From NCBI RefSeq assembly GCF_009914755.1, contig NC_060931.1: DNA of 64,000 nt. One strand, given 5' to 3'. This DNA is from the human T2T-CHM13v2.0 reference genome, Homo sapiens. The position numbers and the translations under genes were made by a program. Positions 44,017 through 57,999 of the stretch are shown here, one piece after another; position 1 is the first letter of the stretch; each line of letters starts with the position of its first letter. A model generated the notes under the pieces. That model saw nothing but the letters and a program-made list of their open reading frames with translations, searched no databases and was not told where the DNA came from.

Positions 44017-47000
44017 GTTCCTGTAACTCAAACCAGAATTTTTAAGGAATAGAACTCCAAGCCTTTTCTCCACTACTATACAAGAAAGAATTCAGCAAGC
44101 TGCTTCTCCAATCAAAGCTGCCTGCCGTGCTCACCCTGTGTGTTAGGTTATTTATTTATTAAAATCAAGAATCCTGTGCCTGTAGTGTTGGCCCAGAGTG
44201 TGGTTACTGCCCTGAGGGCCATGAAAGCCACAGAGGATGGGCTGAGGAAGGAAAGAAATGGGGTTACTGCTCCCAGTGCATCATTTGCATCATTCCCCAT
44301 TGACTGAATCCTCAGCAGTGGCCGTTTTTCCTCTTGTCCAGGCTCACGAGTTAGTCCAGGGATTCCATACTCCCTATTCCCTGGAGTTTTCTGGAATAAA
44401 TTTTCAGCACCTGCTTTTCTCAGCTTGGCCCTTCCCCGGGTGAGGCCGTTTGGAATTAACATGGCCAGTGTTTCACACAAGATTGGGTTCCCAATCTTGA
44501 CCATCACTATCACTGCCTTCTTTATATAAAGGCTAATAAGGAAGGAGTGTTATTTATGGCTTTGCCAAGCTACATCAAGAACTCAGCTGTGCTGTGCCTA
44601 CCAGGGGTCTCCTTTCTTACCCAGGACTCCTTTCTTCTCCTTGAATATTTATGTCCATTTTAACACTTCCTGGTTGCAAGAGGGATGTGCCTCCATTATT
44701 TCCTCCACAGTTTTGGTATTTGTCAGACATTTGTTCTGCTGTCTTTCTAATCCAGCCAACGTCTGCTCAGGAAGTGGGGCCAGCTCCACTGGGACCCATA
44801 GTTTTACTTCCTTGTCATTTGATTGGATAGTTTCCAAGGAAGCCCCTCCAGATTGGCACTATCTCAGAAAAGGAGAGCTTGTTGTGAAACACTGCTTCCT
44901 GAAACTTCCTGCTATTGCCTAAAGCTACGTCTGAAACTGAGTAGGGAAAGGCATACTTTTCCAGGGACTTAGGGGGATAGGCTTTGGAAATGGGACAGGT
45001 CTTTCAGACTCACAGCTTGATACCCTAACAAAGCAGAGTATATTTATTTGTTTCCCAGGAAGGCCATTGCAGTTTGACTGGCTGAGGGATACAGAGATGA
45101 AATTGTAAACTGTATCCAGATTATCAAAGCTAATTTGACTAGTTTGAACCTCGTCAGACATTCATTCCTTTGGCCATTGCCATGGATGAAACCGAGATCT
45201 GCAGTCTGATCTGTGGACTTCTCTGCTGGCATATCTTTTATGATTTAACCTCTTCCATTTGATGATTCTGTATTTCAGAGTCAGTTTCTTGAGTAACTCC
45301 AGTGCTACAAAAAGAATTAGTAATGTGGTGTGGGCAGCGTGACATTTTATGTCCCACCCAAAAATTGGATTCCTTTTGGAGACTGATCTGTTGGTCTCAG
45401 GCATTTCATTAGGACCAGATTGGTTCTAAGAGTTAGTCTGGACTGGCCCTAGGAAACTTGAATTAAATAAGCCTCTTCCCCTTACCGATCCTTTTTAACA
45501 CTCTCAGGTTTGTTTGTTTCCCACTTTTTTCCTATGCTGGTCTGCCTCAAAGTCTCAAGACCAAGGTGACTCAAGATAACACCAGACCACGCATGATCAC
45601 CAAAACCTTCCCATCCTGATTCTCTTCTTCTACCTCTACCCTCTCCAACTTCTCCTGGTCTTCACATATACTCTCAAAGCTAGTCTGAAAGTGACCTTAC
45701 TTTCGGAAGTAGGGAAGTGGAACTTTGGTAAATGACTGTTTGCCTCATTTAATAGTATACAGGCTCAGCCCATAGACTACAGTTCTTCAGAGGCCATATG
45801 TCTCAGCAAGTACTGGTTATATTCTTTTTTTGTAAGGAAGATCATAAATGCTAAAAATTCCACTAAGCCATTCAGTTCTTCCTTTTGCCTACCTAGTCCT
45901 GATTTTTGTATTAATTGGTTCCCTTTAGCAAGGGATTCAGATCTTTGTACCTTATCTTATATCCAGAGCAGATTCCATTTGGCAGATAGATGGTCTCTAG
46001 CCTATTGTATTCTTAGACCAAAAATCATAACCTGCTGTTTCTCAGCAAAGCCTTGCTCTCTGGAGCTTACTATGTGCTGGTACTTAAAGAGTACATTCTG
46101 CCTTGCTATAGTGAAGAGACCCACTCCAAATAAAAAAGGGGCCACACGGGGCTTCTAAGTTAGGTTGCCAGTGTTGCTGCCCATGATGAGTTATTTGCCT
46201 CTGAGTTTCAGATGACCTCTCTGTAGGGACACTGTGTTATCAACCATTAAGAAGAAAGAACCACAAGCCTCCCAAGTATTTGGGTTCTATCTTAGGGTTG
46301 AAATCTGGTCATTATTCCCTCTACCCTTGGAATCAGAGCAATGTGTCTTCTTTCCTCCAACCTCTTACCTTAGATGCATCCTGGTTATCTGGAAGCATGG
46401 GAAAGAAGGCTACTTATCTCTTTGTATGTGGCTCCAGTCTGTGAGGATACATAACATTTTCTCTACAATGAATCTGTGCTAATATTTTGCCTTCTTTCTT
46501 TCTTTTCTTTTCACCCTTAGAGACAGGGTTTCACTATGTTGCCCAGGCTGGTCTCAAACTCCTGGGCTCAAGCAATCCTCCTGCCTCAGCTTCCTGAGTA
46601 GCTGGAACCACAGGTGTGTGCTACCGTGCCTGGCACTTTTTTGCCTTCTTAATGGAGATATTCAGTTTTCTTTTTTTCATTTAAACAAAGAAAAAAAATG
46701 TATCTACTCTACCTTCCCTCTGCTCTCCTCCCTCCCTATCCTACTTGCCCATATGAGCACGGCTCCCCATGGCCACATACTCCTGCAAAGCTTTTATGCT
46801 GCTTCGCTTTTCTCTAAACAGATCTGATATTGCTGCTCCTGTGGTTTTCTCAAAATTAACTTTGCCGTGGTTTTTAAAAAGGAATCAAAATGCATTGTTG
46901 CATTAAGCTTTTTCAATAAAGGAAAATTACGGAAGGAAAATAGGCAACACCAGCAAATTATATGTGGACAGGTTCTAAACTCTATATATACATATATATA

Positions 47001-47185
47001 TATATATCTATATATCTATATACGTAATCATCTAGTTCTGTCATCTTACTGAAAGGAATAACACTTCTAAAGATCACCATTTCTGAGAAGTTCTTGGAAA
47101 TCTTTATGTCTAAGTGATTGTATTAGATCAGCAATAATGACTATGTAATCTCAAAAAACAAATAAAATATTCTTAACATGGACTC
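44017..47185 (+). other. AHCYL2: AHCYL2 3'UTR (~3.2 kb); contains an antisense Alu monomer ~46500-46633 and (TA)n ~46983-47021
   Basis: Follows the stop codon; mostly repeat-free; ends after AATAAA 47161-47166 with a U/GU-rich downstream element. Confidence 0.75.
47161..47166 (+). terminator. Probable main polyadenylation signal of AHCYL2
   Basis: AATAAA with upstream TGTA elements and downstream 'gtatttcttgtttctgtg'. Confidence 0.75.
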
Positions 47186-47272
47186 TTAAGGGTATTTCTT
47201 GTTTCTGTGAACTAGAAATTCAGAGATGAGAGAGATCTCTGGGCAACAAACTAGAGATCCTGCTGTAGGGCA

Positions 47273-47348
47273 AGGATGTGAAAATGTTACCAATGGGCAT
47301 GTTTGACCTTAGGATGTGAAAATGTTACCAATAGGCATGTTTGACCTT
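47273..47348. repeat. 38-bp tandem duplication (one mismatch)
   Basis: aggatgtgaaaatgttaccaatRggcatgtttgacctt, two copies. Confidence 0.92.
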
Positions 47349-49604
47349 AGTTAATAAATATCATGTTCCCCTCCTACCAGCCAGCATACACGCGCATCCT
47401 GGCTGTGTGTGTAAAGAACCTGTCTTCTCAGAACCACCACCCTGGGGAGTCGAGGACTGTAGGCTTAACTCAGAGAAACTAAACCATAGTTCTAGGTCCC
47501 TGACTCCCTTTTAGTTGAAAAATGCAGGAAATCAGCATCCCCCAGTTTGGGACCAAAGGACCTTGATAACTAGGACCTGATTATATCCAGCCAAAGGGAA
47601 GAAAGAAGTGCATCAGGCAGAGATTTGTCTCTAAATCAAGTTGCCTGATTTAACCAAAGGATAATCCAATTGCCTATTCTTTCTCAACTGCCAGTAGGGT
47701 AACCATCTTTGGGTAGCTTTCTGATAGCCACCTTCTTTAGTTGACTACCTAAACTAGTTCTGCATCCTGTATGCAAGATGTTTTCTTTTCATAGCAGAAT
47801 CTTCTGCCACTTTGGCTTCTGATTATTTAGATTAAGGGACACAGGGCTAGAATCGTCTGGGCAGTCAGTAATCCTCAAAATTAGTGCCATTCCAGTTAAG
47901 AGGAGGAGAATGCAGCAGCTAGCAATGAAGCCGGTCAGCTCAAAGGATTTGCTCCCCTGCAGTAGGGCTTGACTCCTCATTTGTGAAGGATGGAACCTTG
48001 GGTGCCTGGGTCTTTATTTCAGAATCATAGGGTAAGCCCAAGCTATCCACTGCTGCACAAGTTTCTCCACCTCACAATATTGTGCAAAAAAACTTGAACT
48101 TTAAAGCAGGCTAGCTTGGGTTTGAATCCCAGCTCTGCCATTTACAAGTTATGTAACTTAGTCAAATTACATAACCACTCACAGCCTCAATTTTCTTGCC
48201 TGTGAAATGGATACTGCTTATCTCCTAGGATAAGGATTTAATGAAGCGATATATAAAAAGTGCTGCTTATTTACAGAGCCTGGCACGCACTGCTGACTGC
48301 ATACACATCATTCCTTGTCTCAATCTAGAGCCCTACAACCTCTGTTGCATCATTACACCCACACCTGCCCTTTATGGAGAGAGGAGGGTGTTCTATCCTT
48401 TTTTTACTAAATTATCCTAACTGCCTGATAGCCTCAAAAAGCAGGTACTTTAAAACTTACTGCGTCTTATTAAGCTTTCTCAGTGCCAGGTGCTATCCAT
48501 TTAGTCAAGTATCTGACCTCTGTGGATTAAAGTGGAGTGCTTATATGGGGAAAAGGGTATATGTGATTCTTGTAACTACACCTATTTATACCTCCAACCC
48601 TCTGCTGGCAGCCTGAGTTTTGGGACAAGGGAAATTGGTAATGTAGGTTTTTTAATAACGTCAAATATAACAGCATTGGAGCCATCTCTGCAAGATGGAG
48701 AGACTTGACCAGCCTTGACTAGCTCCCAGGTATGGGTGCCTCTGTGGTGAATGGTATTGATGACTATGATGCCTTTGTTGACAAATAAGCTAAAATAAAT
48801 TGAATGTGTGCCAATTCCATGGCCTGTAGTTTCAAAGTTTTCAGTTACTCTGTGGTTTCTTGTTACATCTTCCAGTTGTTTCCAGATATCTTCCTCCTTA
48901 TTAGAAATTTTGAACGTCTGGGCCTATAGTGAGCACATAGGTGTCTGATCTTAGTAAAGGTATTCTATTTCGCTGAGATGTGGAAAAGATCATGGATTGA
49001 GGTCTCTCCTCGTGTTGACTCTATGCAATCTTCATAGCACCAGTTTTACACATTCCTTCTCTGAAATTAAAGCCAGATGGAGCCTCTAGGCTTAGCAAGT
49101 GGCTTTAGATAGCCACCAGAGGGGACTTGCAAGCTGTCCTCTATCCTACTCCCAAGATCAGTCTGCCCTTTCCCCTAGGAATAGGCAGGAAAAGAATAAA
49201 GCATCAAAACTGGCCACTCCTGTCTGCTACCACTGTTGGGATCCTGCCGATTGATTAGGCTCACAAAAGAATATGAAGTTCTGGGCCTGTTAACCTTAGG
49301 GCTCTGACTACTTAGGAGGAGAAGTACTGGGAAGAAGAGAGATAGAATAATGAATTCTTTCTATTAAGAAATCCCAATGGGCTGTGCTGTGGCAGGTTTA
49401 CCACACTGAAGCAGTGATGAGCAAGGCGTGGGTTGTGAACTTTAAAGCAGGGTGTAAATTTTTAAGAGTTTAACAAATTATACCCTGAAAAAAATCCAAA
49501 GTCAAGTAGTTCAGGCCTTGAGCCAGGGACTTTCTTGGAAATTCATATCAATTCAGTTCTGTAAACGCCACACTCCCCACCCCCCACACCCAGCCCCCCG
49601 CCCC

Positions 49605-49761
49605 GAGACATTTTTGGTTGTCGCACTAGCGGGAGGATACTACTGGCATCTAGTGAAGAGAGGCCAGGTATTCTGCTAAGCATCCTACGATGCACAGGAC
49701 AGCCCCCTACAATAAATATTCAGCCCCAATTGTCAATAGTACAGAGACTGTGAAACGCTGC
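49605..49761. mobile_element. MER20 (hAT-Charlie) fragment
   Basis: 'agacatttttggttgtc...ctactggcatctagtg...gaggccagg...catcctac.atgcacaggacagccccc'. Confidence 0.8.
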
Positions 49762-50849
49762 GTTAAACGTACATAAATTAGGGGCATACAAAAATGAGCT
49801 AAATTTGGTCTTACTCGCTAGGAGCCTATATGTGGGTGGGGAGAGGAGTGGGACTGGAAGAGGAAAAGGAAGATGTGAAGGTACAGTAAGGAGATATTGG
49901 ACCAGGGTGAGAAAACCCAAAAAGCTCCAAAGAGTGCTCTCAAACTTGCCTTGTTCTGTCGCCTATGAACTGGCAAAGGGAAAAGTGAGAGAGAGAGAGA
50001 GATGTTAAGAAAGGGACAGGGTTGTCCCTAAGGTATGGGAAGGTGGAGTAATTCCTCTAGGCCCTTTGCTTTGGGTATATCGTGGAAAATGTTAGGATTT
50101 TGGATCTAGGCAGAACTGGTTTGACACCAACACAACCTGAATGAGTTGAGGGCTAAAAGGAAAGCTTTGTGGAGGAGGAGGAGGTGACAACTAACTAGAA
50201 TCTTTATGAGAGAAAAGGAATCAACCAGGAGAACAGAAGACAGTCTCCTCCAGAGAACAGCATAGGCAAGACCCTGAGACAAGATAGAATATGATACCTT
50301 GGAAACCGCAGGGAGGAATCTGCAAGTGCCGGTTTCTTCATCAGTAACATTGGATTCGTAAAAACACCCTGTCGGGGAGAGGTATGATGTGATATTTGGA
50401 AAGCGCTTACTGCAGTGCCTGGCACCAAGCTCAGTTCAACAATCCCCCAGACCCTTCCTAAAGCAACCAGGCTGGGGACAGCGATTTGGTCCCACCTGTT
50501 CCCCTGAGCCTACGTCTTTGGGGCTTCTATTACCAAGCCAGACTGTCTAAATATTTACTACAAGCTACTTTTTAAATTCAGGAGAGGGCAGATCAAACAG
50601 CCTCTTTTGCCCCCAGTAACAATGAGCCCTTAGGAAGCATCTAAGAGAGAGGAAGGAAAGAAAGGACTGGCGAGCAGGTGAGGGTGGGGGCTTGCTCTAC
50701 CCTCAACATTTACACACCATGAGGAAGAGGCCCCCTACAGCAGAGAAGGGCAGATGACAGGAGCAGCCCTCGAGGGCACCACCAATTTCAGTGATGGAAA
50801 AACTCCCCCATCCCACCCTTAGACCTCCAGTCTCCCAGCCAAGCCCTAG

Positions 50850-52170
50850 CTCCGGGCGAGATGCGTTCTCTTCAGAAAAACGCTGAGAATTCTCAGCTTC
50901 CAGAGACAGCGAGTCCCTCGTTTCGGGCGATGTCCCTGGCCACCTGGCGGTGCCATCCCTCCCCTGAGACTAAGCGGGATATGGGACGTGTGCAGGAGCC
51001 GGGATATGGGGGGCCGGGTCGGTGGTAACAGGGAAACGGAGACTGCTGTGGAGCAGTAGGCGGAGACTAGAGCTCCGGAAAAGGTCGCTACAGGGACGGG
51101 GGTGAGAGCTGAGAGACACCGAGTGAGGAGCACAGAGATAACCCGCCTGATCTCAAGGCCCAGCTTTCGCGAGGTGTGGAGCCTGTAGCTAACCTAGGAG
51201 TCTCCGTCCGCCAGCAATGCCGCAGGACTAAAAAGATCCCCTCAAAAATCTCTTCATTGAGCCCCCACCTCCTCGAGTCCCGCTCCGGCCGGTCGAGCAG
51301 CCAATCGCCTCGCGGGGCGGGGTTGCGGCGAGCTGCCGTAACCAATAGAGGTGGAGGGGGCGGGGCCTGGCTCCCGGCGCGCGGCGGTAGGGTCGCCTCC
51401 GGCAAAGCGAGCTGAACCCTGAGGGGAGCCGCTGACCAGCAGCATGGAGGACCCCGCCGCGCCTGGGACCGGGGGCCCGCCCGCAAATGGCAATGGCAAC
51501 GGCGGCGGCAAAGGGAAGCAGGCGGCGCCCAAGGGCCGCGAAGCGTTCCGAAGCCAGCGGCGGGAGTCAGAGGTGAGGAGCCCGGAAAGCTTCGGCTGGG
51601 GCCCGGAGACGCCCGCCGGCGGGAAGCGGCGGCTGAGGTGATTCGGCCTCGGCCCCGGAGCCCTCGGCGCGCTCGATCAGCCCCGCGCAGTGGGCGCCTG
51701 CGGGGTCCTAGCGGCTGAACTCTGGGCTCTTTGGCCCGGACCAGTGTCCGCCCGTCTCCTGCCGCGGGTTGGGGGCTTTCTAGCCCTCTGGCTTTCCCCC
51801 GCTGCGCGAAGATGAGCGCGGTATTGAGCGGACCAGATACTTTCCAAATATTTATCTCACTTAATCGCTGCAGCCCCCTGAAGCAGAAATTCCGATCCCA
51901 GTTTATAGACGGGGGAACAGGAGCGGAGAGGTTAAGTGACTGGCTTGAGGGGTGGGAGGCTGGAGCTCAGCCGCAGGAAAGCAGGATTGGCGAGTGGGGC
52001 AACCGCAGTCCCCCTCCCAGGCTGCCTGCGGCGGGCCCCTGGGCCAGCCGAGGGACTTCTGCCCGTTCCCTGCCCGTCCCCTTCCCCCCGTAAGTCTTAG
52101 GCCGTTTCGGGAGCGCCTTCCGCGGACATCAGGCCCCTGCCTGTGAGGGCTGAGCGAGACGGGATTCAGG
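50850..52170. promoter_or_regulatory. CpG island / STRIP2 promoter (CCAAT 51301-51305 and 51342-51346; GC boxes 51314-51322 and 51357-51365)
   Basis: Sharp rise in GC content and CpG density around the first exon; TATA-less, with NF-Y and Sp1 motifs. Confidence 0.9.
51444..51572 (+). CDS. STRIP2: STRIP2 (FAM40B) coding exon 1 (MEDPAAPGTGGPPANGNGNGGGKGKQAAPKGREAFRSQRRESE)
   Basis: agcATGG strong Kozak context, GAG|gtgagg donor, 129 nt; peptide matches the recalled STRIP2 N-terminus. Confidence 0.92.
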
Positions 52171-52399
52171 CAGGGGCAGTCCTGGAGTGGCTATCTGGAG
52201 GGAGCAGTCGCAGGATACAGATAGGAGTGTGAATATTTCGATCTCTTCCTCCTCTCCTGAAAAAAGAAACCCTATCTATGAAGATGAAAGCGTTGAATTA
52301 TTATCACTTCCCTATCCCCTCATTGAGGCAGTTCCCATCAGTTGGATCTGAGCGGGGATCAGAATAGACGACAAAATATCAGATGTGGCAGGGTCTGCA

Positions 52400-52820
52400 G
52401 ATATCATCTGGTATAACCCTTTCATTTTACAGACCTAAAAAAAAGAGGAGTGACTTGCCCAAGATCAGACATCTGGCATAGTTGGTGGTCAAGAACACCA
52501 GACTTTGGAGTAGTCAGACCAGGTTTTGACTCCTAGCCCTATCATTTACTACCTGTGTGATTTTCGGCACATTACGGAACCTCTCTGAGCTCCAGTTTCT
52601 TCATCTGTAAGATGAGATTAACACTGCCTACCTCAGAAGGTTGTGATAAAGTCAAAATGAGATAATTGACTATAAAATGTTTGGCACAGTGCAGGCACAA
52701 TGCATGTAATTAGTCAGTACATAGTAACTCTTAGTATATTGCTATCATCATCATCATCATCATCATCAAGTGGCAGAGCTGGTACTAGAAACCAGGTCTT
52801 TGGCATCCCAGACCTTGCCT
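52400..52820. mobile_element. MIR elements with an (ATC)n microsatellite ~52744-52768
   Basis: 'ctctgagctccagtttcttcatctgtaagatgag' and 'gtgacttgcccaagatca'. Confidence 0.7.
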
Positions 52821-54127
52821 TACCATTTGAATAGCATTTCAGTTTCCAAAGTGATTTCATGTATGCTTTACATTTTGATGTAGGTAGAGTAGGAGGAATC
52901 CATTCATTTTTTTTCAAGGTAGAAATGGAGATGAAAAGACTGGCCCAAAGTCACCACCTTGCAGAGGCAGAGAGCTCAGCCCTCCTGTCTTGCTAGATGA
53001 TACCCGCCACATCATCTCCCTCCCTACTTCAAGATGAGTCTGGTCTTTTAGGGCACCCTGTACCTCCTTCCCCCACAGAGACATTGTTCTCGTTCAAATG
53101 TTTTTTTGGGGAGATGAGCCATTCATTAATTCAACAATTATTTATCGAGGACTTTCTGCCAGCCACTGTTTTAGGTGCCAGGGATATATCAGTGAACAAG
53201 ATAGGGTCTTCGCCCATGGGGAGACAAATTGTGAGTAAATAAATAAAATAATTTCAGAATGATATGTTCTATGGGGGGAATAAAAGTCTCTGCCTGGGTC
53301 TCCCTTCTAAAGTTGCAATCTGTTCCCCACCTCTCAAGTCTTCTTCAGGCAAAGGCTCTGAGAGTACAGTCCTTTGCTTTTGCCAGTACTTTGCAGTGTC
53401 CAGAGACTCGAAAGCTTTCCACCTGCACCGCGGTTTACCTGCTGATTGTCTGCAGCTGCACTCTTCATGCCTGGAAATGAACAACTGCTGCGATCATCTC
53501 TATCTGGGCTCATTGCCTGCCAAAAGCCTGGCTGGAAAGATTAGCTTTCCTCTACCTTCTGCTGCAGCAGGACTCCTTTTACCTGCCAGTACATCCCCTA
53601 TTACCACAGTACCCAGGTGCCAGATCTGCTTTTCTTCTCTCCCTCTTTTTGCTTTCCTGTGGAAGGCAGTCCTTAGAGGAGATGGGATTTTTTTCCTCTC
53701 TAGGGCTTTTAGAAAATCACTAGAAGAGAATTACTGTGGCACAAGTCAAGAGAGCCTCATCGTGTATCACTGTTTATGGAAGCACTGTTGACCTACCTTC
53801 TCCCACTGGCTTAGTGTGTGAACATCCCAACCTAAAAAGGAAGCTAAAGAATAATTGTTTGCTTAATAAGAAGAGTCTTAACCTAATAAAAGGATTCACC
53901 TCAGACCTCTTTTAGCCAGATCTGGTTTATTGATCTCAAACTCCTTGACAAAGTTTTAACTGGTCTGTGGTAAAATGAGGAAAATTCAGGTCATCGAAGT
54001 GAGTTTTTCTAAAAATTTAGTTCAATATATTAAATTTAAGAATGTATACAATTTAAAACAGTGTTTTTCAAACTGCTATAGGGGGCAACCTGTTAATTGA
54101 GGCTAAAATTTTTATTTTAAGAAATAA

Positions 54128-55075
<948 letters not shown>

Positions 55076-55529
55076 AATTTGCTTTGTTGACAGTATAAAT
55101 TGGCATAATGTTTTGGGGGAGCAACTTATATACAAAGAGACTTTAAAATGTTCATAAGATTTGATTCATTAATTTTCTTTATAAAAATCTATGCTTAGGA
55201 AATATCCTAAATATAGAAAAAAGTGTAAGTCTATTACAGTTTGTTGCATATAATAAAGGAAAATTAAAAACCATTTAAATATTCAATAAGGAACTAGTTA
55301 AGTAAACAAATAAATGTACATCCATTTATACAACCATTTAAACTAATAGTCATAATAATGTGAGAAGAATGCCTTTATAGTATAATATTAAAATCATAGA
55401 GTGACCACTCACATAGTGCTACGAAGTGCTAGGCCGTGTGCCTTTCCTATATTAACTCATTTAGTCCTTAAAATAACCCTATGAAGTAAGTCCTGTTATT
55501 ATCCTCATTTTACAGATGGGAAAACTGAG

Positions 55530-56267
55530 CAGGTCATTTTCCAACAATTCGCTGACACCAACTGGATGTCCTACAGTTCAATTCGATTCTGACACTAACT
55601 ACCTAGAATTAGCACAGACCCCCAAGTTAAGGGCTCAGTCCTACAAGGCCCTACGTTAGACACCAGCCATAGGTGGGATCCCCAAGCTATCTACACTTCA
55701 GCCTGGCCAACTACAAATTAAGCGGTTATCATGATCTTCCTTTCAGGTTCCATAATTTGCTAGAATAACTCACAGGATTCAGGAAAGCATGTACTTAGAA
55801 TTATAATTTTATTATAAAGGATATGACTCAGAAACAGCTAAATGGAAGAGATGCGAAGGACGAAGTATGGGTTTGGGGTGATGCAGAGTTTCCTTATCTT
55901 CCCTGGGCAGCACTCTCCTAGCACATCTGTTTGTTCCCCAACCCAAAAGCTGCCTGAACCTAGTTGTTTCTGGGTTTTCCTATGGTGTTTCATTACCTAG
56001 ACATAATTAAACTATTGGCCACATGACTGAACTTAATCTGTAGTACCCCTCCCCTCCCTGGATGTGGGGGTGGTGCTGAAAGTTAAACCCTCTAATCATG
56101 TGCTCCGTCTTTCCTAACATAAGTCACCTCATGAGCATAAATTCTGGTAAAGCTGACAGTGACTCATTATGAATAACTGACACTCCTATCACTCAGGAAC
56201 TTCTAAGAGTTTCAGGAGCTCTGTACCAGGAACCAGGGGCAAAGAACAGTATATTTTTTATGTCACG
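55530..56267. mobile_element. ERV LTR (MER21/MER77-like) inserted into a MIR
   Basis: 'gacaccaactggatgtcctacagttcaattc.attctgacactaactacct...ttaagggctcagtcc'; the MIR core 'aaactgag|gcacagagaggtt' is split with ctgag duplicated at 55525 and 56268. Confidence 0.6.
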
Positions 56268-56992
56268 CTGAGGCACAGAGAGGTTAACTTGTCCAAGATC
56301 AAATAGTATGTGACAGAGCTGAGATTGAAAATTTTAAAAATTCATATGTATTAACATATACAGGAAGGAAATATCCCAAAATGTTTAAGTTAGAAGATGG
56401 GATTATATTAAAACATATTTAATAGGATTATAAATTTATACATACAACGTCATGGGAAATGTAATCTTTACTACAACTTGGAGTGGAGATGTTGCATCAT
56501 TTGACAATCCTAAAGTTGCAGAATATTAGAGCTAAAGAACCTCTTTAAAAATAAGGAACTATGATCCACAGCATGAGACTTGATCTATATCATACAGTGG
56601 GTTGATGACAGAACTGAAGCTAGAATCCAGTTCTCTTTGTTTCTGTCTGTCTCAATTTTATATAAATCAGCTAGATGCTCCTCTGGTCTGTGTTCATGTA
56701 GATTAGATATGGACACAGACCATAGCTTTCATATATGTTTGAGATCCTGGCCCTTTATTCAGACTTTCCGATTTTGTATAGGAATCCTCAGCCCCTCCCC
56801 ACACTGAGACTCAAGTTTTGGCTTGGCGTAGGGTACCTCTGAGATGAAAGACCCAAATAGGACTCTCCTAACTGTCTCCCTGATCTAACCTTGGCCTCCA
56901 TGAGGGGAAGAAGATAAATAAGGGTACAGTCTTCCCTTGGCAACCCCTTTTTCCAAGTTATCCCAGTTACCAACAAAATTTCTCTGTTACAG

Positions 56993-57062
56993 GGCTCTGT
57001 GGACTGTCCCACTCTGGAGTTTGAGTATGGAGATGCAGATGGGCATGCAGCCGAGTTGTCAG
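56993..57062 (+). CDS. STRIP2: STRIP2 coding exon 2 (GSVDCPTLEFEYGDADGHAAELS)
   Basis: ttacag| acceptor, G|gtatga donor, 70 nt, phase 0-1; STRIP/FAR11 'LEFEY.D.D....ELSE' motif. Confidence 0.92.
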
Positions 57063-57999
57063 GTATGAGGTAGATGGGTCAGTAGCTAGTGGAAGAATGG
57101 CCAGGAGGAGAGGGAAGGGGCCTGTGATCTCCCTGGAAGCTTGTCTGTTCTCACCAAGTGGCTGTTGAACAAAGGCTGTTCTCCACATTCCTTTTCCTCT
57201 CCATCCAAGTGGTAAATATCTCTTTGTTTGTCTTCACATTTCCTTCTGTGATTCTCCTTGGCTATGGTATTCTTCATTCTGTCATTCTATCACTCTTTCC
57301 TGCTCACTCTTCTTTATTCTCTTTGAAAATAACTGATTTGGTGCACTCTCAAATCAGTTTTCTCTCCATCTTCTCCATATTCCTTCTCTTTTTCTCTTCC
57401 TGTCACCCATATCTTTGCCTGCCTACTTCTTTCTGCTGCCCTCTTTCTATCCCATGCCATCTCTTTTTCCTTTGTCTCCTCTACCTCCATCTTTTCCTTC
57501 TTCCTCTCGCAACTGCCCCTTATTAAAATCTCAGCAAAGTCCGAGGAAAAACTATAGTCAACTGGCCAGCTGAGCAAGGCTGGACATGTCACCTGCATCC
57601 ATCATAGTAGAGTTCTGCTTGGATGTTTATGAGCTGGGGTTAAGTAATTCCATTCTTCTTTCAGTGCTGGCCTGCTTGTCTCTGTCTGGATTTTTAGCTT
57701 AGGGTAAATGTGATCTCCTCACATTAAGGGCCTCCATGTTACATGTGCTATGAATGCCAGTTATTAATAAACAAGCTTTGGGTGGAGATGTGTGAAATTT
57801 AAATATTCTGTCACATGGAAGTGATACTTTGAGGCATGCTTTTTCAGAGAAAAGAGACAAACAATTTTAAAGACGTTCTTGTGCATGAGCACAGAGAATA
57901 AATTTTGTGATGAGTGACAGAGAAATAGAGAGCTAAGTTTAATAACCAACAAAGGATTAGAATTCATAATAGGAATATGATATAAATATATATATATTT

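Noticed and set aside
51088-52146. Several ORFs on both strands in the CpG island
   Set aside because: Expected from stop-codon scarcity in GC-rich DNA; only the STRIP2 frame and its spliced +1 frame continue across splice junctions
53264-53791. 175-aa ORF in STRIP2 intron 1
   Set aside because: No recognisable domain or exon signals, and it begins in L2-like sequence
57158-57598. Hydrophobic 122-aa ORF and Glu/Lys-rich antisense ORF
   Set aside because: Artefacts of a long pyrimidine-rich low-complexity tract
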